Part shown: piece after piece, positions 1 to 12,640 of the stretch
How positions within the stretch are numbered: position 1 is the stretch's first letter
Layout of the letters: every line of letters begins with the position of its first letter
From: Geosiphon pyriformis uo1
Lineage: Eukaryota > Fungi > Glomeromycota
Assembly: GCA_016748015.1 (NCBI GenBank)
Contig: JAAOMT010000009.1
Location: 2,030,200-2,094,199 of the forward strand
DNA: 64,000 bases
Direction: 5' to 3'
Notes under the pieces: model-generated
The model's input: only the letters and a program-made list of their open reading frames with translations
The model's database searches: none
What the model was told of the DNA's origin: nothing
Position numbers and translations under genes: made by a program

Positions 1-26
1 AATGTCATCGAAACTTGAATAAAATA

Positions 27-871
27 TTATGACCTATTCCCAAGCGACATAGGTGCAAACGTCTTTAATTGATATTCTTCGAACTGATATGGATTTGATG
101 GCAAACTGCGCGGAAGGGACACTAAAGAAGTGCGTTGGATTATCTCCGATGTCCTGCCGAAAATTCCCACGGGTTGTAAAGGACATTGACCTGGGGTCAG
201 GTTATACTAAAAAAATTTGCTCAATACTTTTGATATTATAAAGCTCACAAATTTTTTTATTTATAATCGCATTAATTGAATTACCACTTACTAAATCTAT
301 TCCGAGAAACTTGATAATAATATCAACATCTCCAAAACTTTGTACCAACTGAATCAAAAAAATTTTAAGCCTTCCCGCTCGTTCTTTTAAAAATGATGGG
401 GAAAATAATCCTAAAAAAAATGAGCGTGAGAAATCCCAAATTCTTTCGGTGTTTCTTTTCAGGAATAAATATGGATAGGATCATCCTCTTTGACTCTCAA
501 TGGTCTCACCAAACATTTTTTTCTTTGGAAAATCTCCACATAGAAATCGAGGAAAGTGAGACCGAAGAAGTTTTCGATAGGCTCTTATTTGACTGTATCG
601 TAAGTATGAAACTGATTCTGCCCAACCGTCTCGATCCGAAATATACTTTTGAAAGAAAGCGAAATTATTAGTGAAAACGAAATAAAATAAAATAATTCTG
701 ATGCAAATCGATTAATAAAATTCGTAAAACAATCAGGTTTATTTGCACCTTTGTAGATATTTCATATTCAGCATACTTCCTCAATCCCAGGAACCCTTCT
801 GCACGTATATGAATTTTTGGAATCTCAATATATACCGTTGCGCTACGTAATCGAGCATAACCTTGTGGCAT
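27..871 (-). CDS. Small stand-alone PX (Phox homology) domain protein, 4 exons, ~185 aa
   Basis: Hand-spliced GT-AG introns give MPQGYARLRSATVYIEIPKIHIRAEGFLGLRKYAEYEISTK|YISDRDGWAESVSYLRYSQIRAYRKLLRSHFPRFLCGDFPKKKMFG|LFSPSFLKERAGRLKIFLIQLVQSFGDVDIIIKFLGIDL|YNLTPG...GNRS*. PX hallmarks: Y-x-I strand, RYS, helix ending HFP, FPKK, F-x-x-ER-x-x-x-L-x-x-FL, terminal FLG. All exon phases join in frame. Confidence 0.8.
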
Positions 872-2173
872 TTTTTAATTCTCGACTTTTTAAAAACAAT
901 TTTCAAGGTCTAGATACTTACTACAGGGATATTATAGCATAAAATTTTTATAGGGAAAAAATATAAGTTTAAAGGACTTCTTTTTAACAAAATTACGTTG
1001 ACTGAGGAATATTATTTTCGGGCCTTAGGAAATGGATCATGTGTGTGGCATTTATATATATAAACATTGTGTAAACAACTCGGTGCGTGATCTTACTTCA
1101 TTATTTAATTGTTTTTTTTGGCAAGGTTAGAAAACGCTTTTTTAAAGGTTTCACAGATCTGCAAGTGAGCTATAGAAAAATCACCCGTACGTGCAAGAAA
1201 AAAAAAATGGTGTCGAAATTATCGTTTCGATACTCAGATTGATGATACATGAAAATAAAAACAGAGATCGTGTTTCCAAAATGCTTGCTTTTTTTCCTGA
1301 CGCAAATTTTCAGAGATCGATCCCAAAGTTCTCACAAGGACATCGAAGCACATTAAGAGGTTAAGGCCTTTTTTTAAAACTTATTTTTAATAACAATTTG
1401 TGTTGAATTTTAAAAATCTGGGATTTAGAGCAAAGATCAAGGAGCTCAAATTTAATAGACATGAGGAATGCATTGAAGATGTTAATGAATTTTACTAATA
1501 TTAGAAATGCATTGTTGAAAAGCATGTTTTTAGTATAAAAATCCCTTCCCAGTTGATCAAATCCTTGTAAATAAAATGAGCTAACGAAGTAAATATAACT
1601 ATGTCATAATCATCGATAAATTCTTCATAATCGACATTTTCTTCTATCCGAGCTTCTTTAACGTTCTAGTCATGGGATTTATGTTCAGAAATTACCCTCC
1701 TGCTCCTCCTCCTCCTCCTCCTTCTTCTCCAATTACAAGAGACAAATATTATTGACGAAAAAAATGTCAAATACATGACTTGCTAGTTACCCAACCCAAA
1801 GTGGATGGTGGAATTTTCCTCAAGAACTCATGGTGCTAAAATTTTTTGTAAGGCAGGGAAAACACAAGTACTTTAATAATTTCATGAATTGTTAATAAAC
1901 TTTGAGTTTTACTTTCATCATTATCGCGACGTAGAAACGACGTAAAAGCAATCTAATTGTGATCATCCCACAAACTTGATGTCATTCTGTCTTCATTTAC
2001 GTTGCCTTTGTCGTCAATTTGCTTTTTAGAAATACTATTTCATCCTATATTAATCTAGAATAAATTTATCTAATCATTCCCTCCTCTTTTGGCCTTGTTC
2101 GTAGTAAAGTTAGATAAAAGCAGCCCCAGATCATAGACCCTCGAAAACATATATATAGTGCTTGCTTCTCAAA

Positions 2174-3153
2174 ATGAATAGGATCCAACCAAGATTCACC
2201 TCTGGTTCACTTCGTAATATTTTTTCACTTAAGCAACAACAACAACAACTTTTTTCTCGAACACTAAGACCCCCTCACTTTAAAATTACTTCAATCAACC
2301 GCACTCTTGGAGTTGAAGCAACTTCAAAATTAGCCTCAACATCTGCTAAAACTTCCCCGCCATTCATAGCAATGTCTCAAGACGTCTTCAGTCAACTCAA
2401 AGAGGATCACCAGATTGTTAGGGACCTTTATCAACGTTACCTCAAGGAGAGTAGTGATGAAGAGAGACAGAAGATTGCAAACACAATCATTCGTGAAGGT
2501 GAGTATTCATATTAAAATTGACTGAAACGCAAAATATTAGTGATTGGTCCTCACACTTATTTATTATTCTGTTTTAGTCTCGGTCCACTCAACAACTGAG
2601 GAAATTGTCTTATACCCTGCGTTTGAAGAGGCCTTACCAGACGGCAAGCAATTTGCAGATCATTCTCGTAAAGAGCATCTTGACATCAAGAAAAATTTGT
2701 ACGATTTAGACGGTATGAAGGTGACCGATTCGGGTTACAAGGAAAAGTTAGGAGCTACCATGGAAGAATTTGATAAACACGCTAAAGAAGAAGAAGAAGA
2801 GAAATTCCCACAGTTTAGAAAGGCCGTAAGCGAAGAAAAATTACAAGAACTCGGTAAAAAATGGATTAACACTAGGCCTCTCGTTCCAACTCGCCCTCAT
2901 CCCAGTGCTCCTGATAAGGTAACCTTTTTTTATTGAAATTTGTTGATATTGGAAATCTTATCTCTGTAGCTAACTTGACACATTTATTTTTTAGCCACCG
3001 GCAGAAACTATTGGTAATTTTACTTGATTAAATATCTTTTCTCGCTATTACTAATTATTTTTCTATAAATTGATAGCTGGAGCTACTCAAGCACCTATCG
3101 ATAGGCTTCGTGACGCTCCAAGGGAATTTGTTGAGGTGTCCCGCAGTGTCTAA
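2174..3153 (+). CDS. Hemerythrin / HHE cation-binding domain protein, 4 exons; alternative start at ATG 2372
   Basis: Motifs LKEDH, HSTTEEIVLYP, EH, HAKEEE and the C-terminal PTRPHPSAPDKPP typical of fungal HHE proteins. Introns after ...IIRE, ...PDK and a 19-nt micro-exon (PPAETI); stop TAA at 3151-3153. Confidence 0.9.
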
Positions 3154-5826
3154 GATTAATATTGCAGGGCAGCCAGCTATATATTTTAATGCTTTTTGTT
3201 GATCTCTTTATTTGCCAAGTAATTTGATTTTATTATCAAGTTTGAGATGCTCGAGTTAGAACTAGCTAAAATATTCCAGAATTTCTGTAACTTCTTGAAT
3301 GACAACATTTTTTTCTTGTAGTTTGCAATTGCTGTAATACCATTTTGATTTGGACTACGTTATAAGTCCATTGAAAAATGCAAACTTTTTTTTTTTACAA
3401 ATTTGGTAATGAATTGTGCTTTGACGAAATCCAAAATTTGCATGTGAATCTCTGCTACCTTTTTATATAAACTTTAATCATTATTCAAACGAATTATCCA
3501 TTCAGATACGTGATAAATTGAATTCACTTTGAGGTGGTTAAGCATAGAAGATGGCAGATGAGGTTCAACACGTGTATTTATTAAACCAAATTTTTTTTTA
3601 TAAGATCAGTCAATAATTAGCAATTAAATTAAATTAATATATAATATAATTATTTTTATTTTAAATAAAAGGCGTTTTTTTCAATAATGTAAAAAAATCA
3701 GGATTTTATTTGGGTAAGACGTTTAACACTGGGGGTGGAGAATTAGTTAAATTCTCACCAGATTTAGTTTGAAACAATCAATTTTTTTCTATATAATTTA
3801 ATTTTTTTGGTTTTATATTGATCCCTTTTAACTATAAAAGCATGAGTTGTTTATTATTTGCTTAAAACTCATCATAGTGCTGCTATTCTTTGGAGGGTTA
3901 ACAATAAGATTTTTTTCTGATATACGATTTACAATCATATTAACTGAAATAATTTCCCACACACCAATTTTATTTACTAGAGACAATTAAATATATTTAA
4001 AGATTTTAAAAGTCAAAATCTTAATAAAAAAGTTACATTTTAGAATAAAAAACTTTTTTTTAACATATATAAATGTATAAAAATAAAATGAGATGAAAAA
4101 AAAGAAATTGACTATTCTTTAATAAAATAGGTCAAGTTTTCTAAACAAATACTCTGTCAAATTTTTATAATTTTATGGGATTCATTTGATAACAACTAAG
4201 GAATCAATGAGAATAAGAAATGAGTCAGGTAAATATAATAGAAACGATTTGAACCTAAACTTAAAAAATGTGAAAATTTTTTTTTTGTACTTGGTTCGGC
4301 AAAAATTGTTTAAATTTTGCATTGGGATGGGGGTATTAAAGTATTCTTATCCTAAGGATTAAAAAATTTAGGAGGAATTGTTTAAAAAAATTCAAAATTT
4401 TCCAGTATTTTTTAATATTACCTTTTTTTTGTTTTAAAAAAAAGTATGCCCTCTAGAAAAAGATATTAGTGGGTAATGGATGTATATTAAAATTTTGCTT
4501 TAAAAACCTTTTTGAAAAAACTTTTTTATGAAAATGATTAGATTTAAAAGAATAATTTTTTTCAAAGACATTTCATTTAAATTAATATTTATATTCTCAT
4601 TTCGATTAAAAATTCCAAGTTATGTGCATTCATTCATTCATTCATTCATTAATTCATTGATTGTTCTTATCACAATAAGAAGATCTTTGAATTGCAAAAA
4701 AAAAATAATAATTGAAATACTTTATACAAGAAAAACTAGTTTAATGTATTGACATATAAAAAAAAAGGATATATATTTTAAAAATAAGCCTTTTTTTACT
4801 TTATAAGTATTCTTCAAATTTTAATCATATGTTACAAACCTAAATTTACAATAGAAATTTGTACTTGAGCTTATAAATTCAAAATTTTTAATGTTTTAAG
4901 TAGAAAGATTGATAATAATTAACATAAAAATAATTCTTTTAAATGCGAATTATATTTTTATATTGCTAATAAATAAATAAATAAATAATTAATTAATTAT
5001 TAAATATTATAATGTTAAAAATTTTATTACAAAAAACCTAAATTATATCAAAGACCTTTTTTTATGAGATATGTTTAATTTTATTGTATTTTTTAATTAT
5101 TTTATTTTCAAAAGTTATTATTATTATTATTATTATTATTAAGGTAAAATATATAAATAAATGTGTAATCTTAGTATTAATAATATATGCCAAATTTTTG
5201 TTTTAGTTTAATTTATTTTCACAGAAAAAAATCATATTATATATATATATATATATATATCATAAATCTTAATTTATATATAATAAAAATAAAAAATAAA
5301 AAATAAAAAATAAAAATAGAGAAAACTGGTGACATGCTTTTACAGCTGCCTCAATCAAGTTAATCATTTAGCTCATAAAGAAATACTTTTTTAGCACTTG
5401 AACGGAAGTTTGTAAATTACCTAAAAGAATTTTAATATGGTACTTTATTTATAGTGGCAATTACAGTCTGATAATCTGTTACACAAATTCTTTCATTCCC
5501 AATTTTTAATCCTTATTGAAATAATATACGGGTATAAATTAAAAATTTGGAGTTTTTGCTTTACAAAAAATCTTACCTAAAATGAGTTGAATGAATTCAT
5601 TAATTTTTTATTTTCCTAATTAGTAAAATTGAATTGTGTTCAAGTTCTTTGACCTCCGAATTGTTATTATAGGGCAAAGGGCGTAGCAATAATAAAAAAA
5701 TATAACTGAACTGAACTGAAGTGAAGTGAAATCTTTCAGACCTATTTTCCCACTGTTCAAAAAAAAGGTCTTGCATAAATTATAAATTTTCAACTTTATT
5801 ATTTGAAAAAATACCCCATTCCGAAA

Positions 5827-6477
5827 ATGGATAAACCTTCCAATAGTCAAGAATTGCTTATCAATCCCTCTTCCTCTTATTCCTCCTCCTCCTGCTCTTG
5901 CTCTTGCTCTTGCTCTTGCTCTTGCTCTTGCTCTTGCTCCTCAACCCAACCATTTATATTCATAAATAATTCAAATCAATCTCTATCATCTTGTATTGAA
6001 ACAAACTTTTTTTTTAATCCTCCTTTCCCGCCAAAATTTAGTTCAGAAGAATTCGATTCATCAAAAAAGCAATTTTTACCAACAAAAACTCCAAATTCTT
6101 TTATCTTGTATCGAAATAATTTTCTTAAAGCTGTAAAGGCAGAAGGCTACAGAATTCCAATGACTGTTATTTCGACTATGGCATCTCGAGCATGGAAAAT
6201 TGAACCTGTACAAGTGAAAACAGAGTATAAAAGAATTGCCAGTGAATTGAAAAAGAAAATTGATCAGAGTGTATCCTCAAAAACAATCAAAAGAAGAAAA
6301 AAGTCAAACGAATTATTAAAGAAACCTAGTGAAATTTTATCATCATCATCATCATCATCATCATTATCATCATTACCATCTGAAAATAGTGATGCGCATA
6401 TTTCCGAAACAGAATTTTTACACACTTATTCGAGTCAGTCGATTAATCAATTTTTTTCAATTTATTTTACCATTTAA
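5827..6477 (+). CDS. MATA-type HMG-box transcription factor
   Basis: PPFPP motif followed by PTKTPNSFILYRNNF...MTVISTMASRAWKIEPVQVKTEYKRIA, the HMG-box signature of the expanded AM-fungal MATA_HMG family. First ATG at 5827. Confidence 0.85.
   Translation: MDKPSNSQELLINPSSSYSSSSCSCSCSCSCSCSCSCSSTQPFIFINNSNQSLSSCIETNFFFNPPFPPKFSSEEFDSSKKQFLPTKTPNSFILYRNNFLKAVKAEGYRIPMTVISTMASRAWKIEPVQVKTEYKRIASELKKKIDQSVSSKTIKRRKKSNELLKKPSEILSSSSSSSSLSSLPSENSDAHISETEFLHTYSSQSINQFFSIYFTI
5893..5940 (+). repeat. (TGCTCT)8 coding microsatellite giving a Cys-Ser run
   Basis: Directly visible, in frame within the HMG ORF. Confidence 0.95.
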
Positions 6478-7239
6478 TAATTTAACCATTTATGAACTTT
6501 AACCGATGAAAAATTGGAATATCCATGTTTTTTAGAATGCTTCAGTCGATTTACTTCTAAACCAAATTCATCCTTTAATGTGTAACCTAGTTTCTTCAAC
6601 TTATAAAATTCATTTATTACTCAAATCTTTTACTTTTACATATAAAAACAAAATAAATAACCAAATATGAAAAATAATGAGTATTAAGAGTTTTTGAAAT
6701 ACTATTTATGTTTTTTTATAAAGAATTGAATTTTACAGTAACCAGTCCTTATCAATTAGAGGATCTTCCTCCTGACTCATAATTAAATTTACTACTTCTC
6801 AATGTAAAGAATCCTAATGATAAAGGAAAAGATAAAGATAAAGATAATGATAATGATAAATATTAAAAAATTAATTTGAGACTAAATTGGAGGAAATAAT
6901 TTCAATTACTTTTTATTTTTTGAGAAAAAGTGATAAAAAATTATCTCCTTCTTTCATTCAAACCATATAAATGACACTTTTTAATTAAAGTAGTTCATAA
7001 TTTCCAATGCCTTTGGGTAGAAACTAGAATATTTTCATGATACTTGGTTATTTAGGATATTGTTAGTCTCATATTAATGCAATAAAAAATAATAAGGCAC
7101 TTGTCATTTCCTGAGCAGGCAATCTGGGTTAAAAAAACTTCAAATTTATGAAGGAACGTTTAGATCTCGATCCTTAAAAATGTCAAAAGTATTAATAAGT
7201 TTGTGATCGGCGTGGTGATTACTCATTTATAGTGGAAAA

Positions 7240-7600
7240 AAGCCTTAATTGGAGATTGTAACCGGAAAAGATTTTTCAACCCATTTTTAGGCATAAAAAG
7301 AATTTTATTGCTTAAACAGTACTAATTTAAATAAATACAACATATTTATGTTCTATATTAAACGCAGCTCATGCTTTTTCTACACATGATCAGCCACCTG
7401 AGCCAATCAACCATCTAATATTAGAAAAATTCCTGGTTCATTATTCAATGAGCTCCCCAGATACATACTTATTAACTGCCATATCCTAACACCACATTTC
7501 GCCAGCATATCCAAAACATCTCAATTAACACAATGTATTCGTCTGCAATGAGGCCGGCCTTTTTCATATTCGAACTAAACTCCATAAAAGACTTTCAAAT
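7240..7600 (-). pseudogene. Heavily decayed Tc1/mariner-like transposase remnant
   Basis: Scattered minus-strand fragments in the expected order (FESLLWS, VRI*KRP, MFWIC, LQSP) resemble Tc1 motifs W..VLWSDE, VWR.P, MFWGC and WP.QSP; broken by stops and frameshifts. Confidence 0.35.
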
Positions 7601-7704
7601 TCTATTTAATATTTGTATTATTATACTTGACAAAAAAAAAATTATTCAAAAATGTTTTTCGTTACCAAAGAGGCAGCTCATACTTTTCATTAATTCATTA
7701 ATTC

Positions 7705-7706
<2 letters not shown>

Positions 7707-7752
<46 letters not shown>

Positions 7753-7754
7753 TT

Positions 7755-7794
<40 letters not shown>

Positions 7795-7795
7795 T
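7707..7795. repeat. Compound (TTTA)n/(TTTC)n microsatellite
   Basis: Directly visible. Confidence 0.9.
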
Positions 7796-8149
7796 TTTTG
7801 TTTTCTTTTTTCAATAAGAAAGCTTCAGGTTTTCAATTCATCAACCAACCAACGTTTAAAAATGTCATCAATCACAAGACAGTATTTTTGTTCTATTTGT
7901 AGACATTTTCTAATTGATTCCTAATTTGGTAATTTCTTTTTCCAATTTTAATCGATAAAACTTGAAACTATGAAGAAAAATGTGTATAATTTACAGTATA
8001 TCCCCCAAAAAGTAACGCTCAATTCAAAATTGGACGCAAAATTTTGTCTTAATCTTATTTTAAAAATTTTCTTACCAAATAAAGAATTATATCTAATTAA
8101 TAACTTTTCACTCATGCATTTCCTTCAATTCTCCTTTGCATTGAACCGA

Positions 8150-8870
8150 TAACCTCTTCGAGAACAAAGTCATCAAAAATTTCCCATTCCTCCTTTAAGT
8201 TCGACCATAGATGTCGGAAAGACTTCATTTTTAGATGTATTCCTTCAACAGCTTCCAAATAATATTCTCAATTGGATTCAAATTTAACGAAATTCGCTGG
8301 TCGTAATTTTATTTTTCGTTAACCATTTTTCGATTTTTCCCCATAGTATGAATCAGCCTAATTTTAACCCGAAATAGGTTTTGAAGATTTCAAGCAAAGC
8401 ATTTAACCACCATTTTTTTCTATTAATCATATATTAATAATGGTTCTTTTAACTCAACTCCTCCAGCAAAACATCCATCTTTGGAAGTAAGCGCCAAATA
8501 ATTAGTATTAAATCCCTCTTCAGTGTGCCCCTAAACTCTTGGTTTTCGTAGTCGTTTCCCAATTTTCATACTCGTCTCATCAGAGAAGATAGCTTTTGCC
8601 CAATTGTAAGCGTTTTTATTTTTATATTCTTCCCAGCACCCAACACCGATATGAGCATGTGTTTCTTAGATCCAGGGTTTCTTTACTGTGATGCGTGAAA
8701 GAATGAATTCAGGAGTTGTACAGTACGTTTTTAGCAGTTGAAAGACTACATTGTATTATTGCCAATTTCGTCCAGCGGATCATGCCCCGTTTATATATGA
8801 GTAAATCATTTTCGTGTTGCTTAAACATTTTTGCGATTTGAGCGGCACATATATGTCAGAATCTTTTTTT
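8150..8870 (-). pseudogene. Degenerate Tc1/mariner (DDE) transposase remnant between the two HMG genes
   Basis: Minus-strand motifs NWAKAIFSDETS (~8570-8605), GCFAGG (~8460-8480) and PAN...LNPIENI (~8260-8305) in the correct order; many frameshifts; no TIRs recognised. Confidence 0.7.
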
Positions 8871-9073
8871 CAATTTTGTTTAGTTACGTACGAGTTGTTT
8901 AAATAAAAATATTATTATAATTTTGTCAAGTTATAAAAATTAAATAAAAACGTAAAGTTTATTTTTCAAAAAAAATCTTGAAAAAACGGTTACAAATCCA
9001 AATTGTGCGTTACGACCTTTGTTAGAATTTCCCGATACGTTTAAATAAAGATTTTATGTTAGGCTTTATCTAG

Positions 9074-9114
<41 letters not shown>

Positions 9115-9257
9115 TCAATCAATGAGTTGCCGGGTCAAAGTTTCGATTTCTAATATATATATATATATATATTTATTTATTTATTTATTTATTTGATATT
9201 AAAAAATTACTGCCCATCAGTTCATACTATAATAAAAGGCTCAAGTGTTTAATAACG

Positions 9258-9367
<110 letters not shown>

Positions 9368-9584
9368 AAATCATCTAATGTGCAAGTATCTTCAAAAATA
9401 ACCTCTTTTAATTAATTAAAATACAAATATTTCTAAAAATTATTAATGGCATGCATATGATTATACTTAAATTCCTAGAGTATACTTCAGATATATTCTT
9501 TATTAGATTATGATAGATAATAGGGTATTTTACCTAAAAAGAACCCTTTTTAGAAGAAAAAAAGAAAAAAAAAACTTGATTAAT

Positions 9585-10448
9585 CTAAGAATAAACATTT
9601 GAAAATTTAACCCCGGAATGAAAAAAACCCTTATCAGAGATTGAAATTGATTCTAAATAGTCAAAATTCAAGTCATTTGAATTAATATGTTGATTATAGA
9701 AAAAATTGATACTTGAACTTATCCCCATTATTTCATCCTGAACTTGAGAGTTCAAAGTTTTTTTTTGATTCTCAATTGATTTAATATTATTAAATAAATT
9801 TAAAAATTGAAATGAATTTGGATATATGATTTCTAAATTTTCGTTTAAAGGATTACTTTCAAAGGATGGAATTAATTGATGAAAATTAACTTCACAAGAT
9901 TTGATTGATTGTGTGAATTCCTCGTTTGAATTTATGAATAATTCATTTTTTTCTGAAATTAGCTCTTTATAATTTTTTGATATTTCTTTATTCTGAAATT
10001 CTTTTTCCAATCTTGGTTTTATCATTTTTTTATAATTATTTCTCAACTCTTTAGAAATTTTTTTATACTCTGCTTTCACGTTTTCACTTTCAAGTTTCCA
10101 TGATTGAGATGCCAAACTTGAAATAATTGTCATAGGAATTTTATAACCTTTTAATTTTGCAATTTGACCAAAAGCTCTTCTATATAAAAGAAAAGCGTTC
10201 GGGGTTTTCGTTGGTAATTTAGAGGTTGTTTTTGTTATTGTTTTTGCTGTTGTTTTTGCTGTTGTCGTTGTTGTTTTTGTTGTTGTTAACCATTTTTTTG
10301 ACTTTAAACTTAATTCTTCTGTACAAATATTTGGCGGGAATGGTAGATCAAAAAAAGGTTTTCTTAAAGAAGGTAATAATAATTTTCTCAAATTTTCGGT
10401 CTTTGAATTTGTTATGAACATATAAGATTGTGGTGACGAATCCATCAT
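9585..10448 (-). CDS. MATA-type HMG-box transcription factor, paralog of 5827..6477, convergent orientation
   Basis: LPFPP...PTKTPNAFLLYRRAF...GYKIPMTIISSLASQSWKLESENVKAEYKKIS aligns residue for residue with the first HMG box. Thr-rich run just before the box. Confidence 0.85.
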   Translation of the reverse strand: MMDSSPQSYMFITNSKTENLRKLLLPSLRKPFFDLPFPPNICTEELSLKSKKWLTTTKTTTTTAKTTAKTITKTTSKLPTKTPNAFLLYRRAFGQIAKLKGYKIPMTIISSLASQSWKLESENVKAEYKKISKELRNNYKKMIKPRLEKEFQNKEISKNYKELISEKNELFINSNEEFTQSIKSCEVNFHQLIPSFESNPLNENLEIIYPNSFQFLNLFNNIKSIENQKKTLNSQVQDEIMGISSSINFFYNQHINSNDLNFDYLESISISDKGFFHSGVKFSNVYS

Positions 10449-10808
10449 ACGCAATTCTTTGATTATTGAATAACCTAAAATATTTGAGAACTAACAATTT
10501 TTGAGGTTTCAATTTTTTATGGTGATTTTTCATTTCTTTCATAATCTGTATATATATATACCACTCCCGGACTTTTGATTCAATATTCCTTTTGTTATAA
10601 CGTAAAAAAAAAAATTAATTATAAACAAATCTAACCACTTTGCATTTATAAATTTTTTTTTTTTAAATACTAAAACATCATTCCCTGCTTTTAAACGAGT
10701 ACCAATTCAATTTCCTCTATTCTTGGGAGAACCAATAACTGAATAACGTAATTTTATAAAAAAGTTTATTCCTTCTTAGAAAATTTCGTCTTTGATAAAA
10801 ATAATAAA

Positions 10809-10809
<1 letters not shown>

Positions 10810-10874
<65 letters not shown>
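10810..10874. repeat. (AAT)n microsatellite
   Basis: Directly visible. Confidence 0.95.
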
Positions 10875-11588
10875 TTAACCATTTTTTTTTTATAACTCCA
10901 AAAAAAGTTATTTCAATTCATTATTTGAATTTCTGTACACACACACGAAAATTTGCCCAACCTAATGGAGTTTTCACTCTTGGATTTCTTAAAAAATGCC
11001 CCAAAAAACTCACAGTTTTAAAAGTATAAAATTTATCTATTCAAAATAGATAAAACAATAACCTTTTCTCCTATTCAATCTGCAAAAACATTCTACAAAA
11101 AGAATCTATGATGAAATCATATGATAAAGTCTATTTTAAAAATGAACACATAAAATATTATAATATATCTCCTAACTTTAAGAGCAAAAATGGCCACTCG
11201 GAACATTTTTAAATAAGTTATTTGGGCATCTTTTATGTTAAAAAACACTTTTTCAATATTATTTACCTATCTTAAATGGATATTTTTCTTAAATGATAAT
11301 AGTTTATTTTAAGAAAATAATTCTCTCACCCTTTATAAGGAAAAACTTATAGGGGTATTCTGTATAAAAAATGTCTTACATATCTTGTCTTGAATTATTT
11401 AAAAGCTTTTGAAATTTGCCGAACTTGAGTAATACCAATTTTTATTTACCCAATATGTGGATTAAACAATTGAATAATTTGAATATATGTTCATTTATTT
11501 ATTAAATTTTTTAGTAAAACAAAGGTTGTTTAAAATTATTTAAGCAATTGATGAACTATTTATCACAGAAAAACATACTTGATAATAA

Positions 11589-11591
<3 letters not shown>

Positions 11592-11657
<66 letters not shown>

Positions 11658-11689
11658 CATTATTATTATTATTTTTTTTATTATTATTA
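11592..11689. repeat. (TTA)n microsatellite abutting the kinase pseudogene
   Basis: Directly visible; it produces the poly-Leu/poly-Ile artefact ORFs. Confidence 0.95.
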
Positions 11690-12451
11690 GAGTATGGAAT
11701 TGTGATGGAGTTTGCTGAACATGGAGATATGCGAAAATATTTATCAACAAATTTTTATTCTACAAGTTGGCAAACGAAATTATTTATAGCAAATGATATA
11801 GCTTCTGGACTTTCACAAATTCATTCTTCTAGTATGGTTCATCGTGACCTACACTCGGGCAACATCCTACAGTTTTTGTAACTACTAGAATTTGTGACCT
11901 CGGATTATGTCAACCTACAAACAATGAAGTAACAACAGTGGCATCAGTAAAAAAGATATATGAAGTGATTCCATACATTCCACCAGAAGTTTTAAGAGGA
12001 GAAAAGTTTACAACAGCTGGTGATATTTATAGTTATGAAATGTTATTATTATGGGAATTAGCAACAGGAAAACCTCCTTTTCATGATCGTTCTCATGATA
12101 ATATTCTTATAATTGATATTCTTTATAATGGTATTAGACCTAAGATTACCTCCCCACTTATTCCACCTTCAATTGCTAAAATTGTGGTAAAGTGTTGGTA
12201 TGTTAATCCTGAAAATCGTCCTACTGCCAGAGAAGTTAAGGATCAGTTTCAGGAACTTAAGAACATGTATTGAAGGTTTATGTATGGGCCCCTTATCAAA
12301 GAGTCTAAAATTCAAATTGCAGAGTTTTTAGAATAAAGAAAATACTTAATAGAAATAGTAAAGAACGAATCGATAAGGTCAACACCCATTCATCCAGGAG
12401 CAGTTTATACTAGTCGTCTTTTAACTGTACAGATGGTTGATTTTTCTAAAG
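11689..12451 (+). pseudogene. TKL-type protein kinase pseudogene (C-lobe fragment)
   Basis: YGIVMEFA...HRDLHSGNIL, then a frameshift at ~11880, then ICDLGLC...IPYIPPEVL...DIYS...WELATGKPPF...KCW..NPENRPTA. In-frame stops at 12271 and ~12334; ends HPGAVYTSRLL. No N-lobe (GxGxxG, VALK) found upstream. Confidence 0.85.
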
Positions 12452-12520
12452 GTTAGTTTATTTAATTTAAACTAATTAATTCATTAATTTATTTTACTAT
12501 ACATTATATATATCAAAAAT

Positions 12521-12640
12521 ATTTACTTTACTTTACTTTATTTTACTTTACTTTACTTTACTTTACTTTACTTTACTTTACTTTACTTTACTTTACTTTA
12601 CTTTACTTTACTTTACTTTACTTTACTTTACTTTACTTTA
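12521..12640. repeat. (TTTAC)n pentanucleotide microsatellite
   Basis: Directly visible, more than 20 units. Confidence 0.95.

Noticed and set aside
53-671. Plus-strand ORFs 53..241 and 393..671, and similar antisense ORFs over the RBR, kinase, P450 and LRR genes
   Set aside because: Shadow ORFs opposite or overlapping well-supported spliced genes.
7533-7817. 94-aa hydrophobic ORF
   Set aside because: Its C-terminal half is translated (TTTA)/(TTTC) microsatellite.
11556-11750. Poly-Leu / poly-Ile ORFs resembling a signal peptide or TM helix on the kinase
   Set aside because: Translation artefacts of a (TTA)n microsatellite; the downstream kinase is frameshifted.
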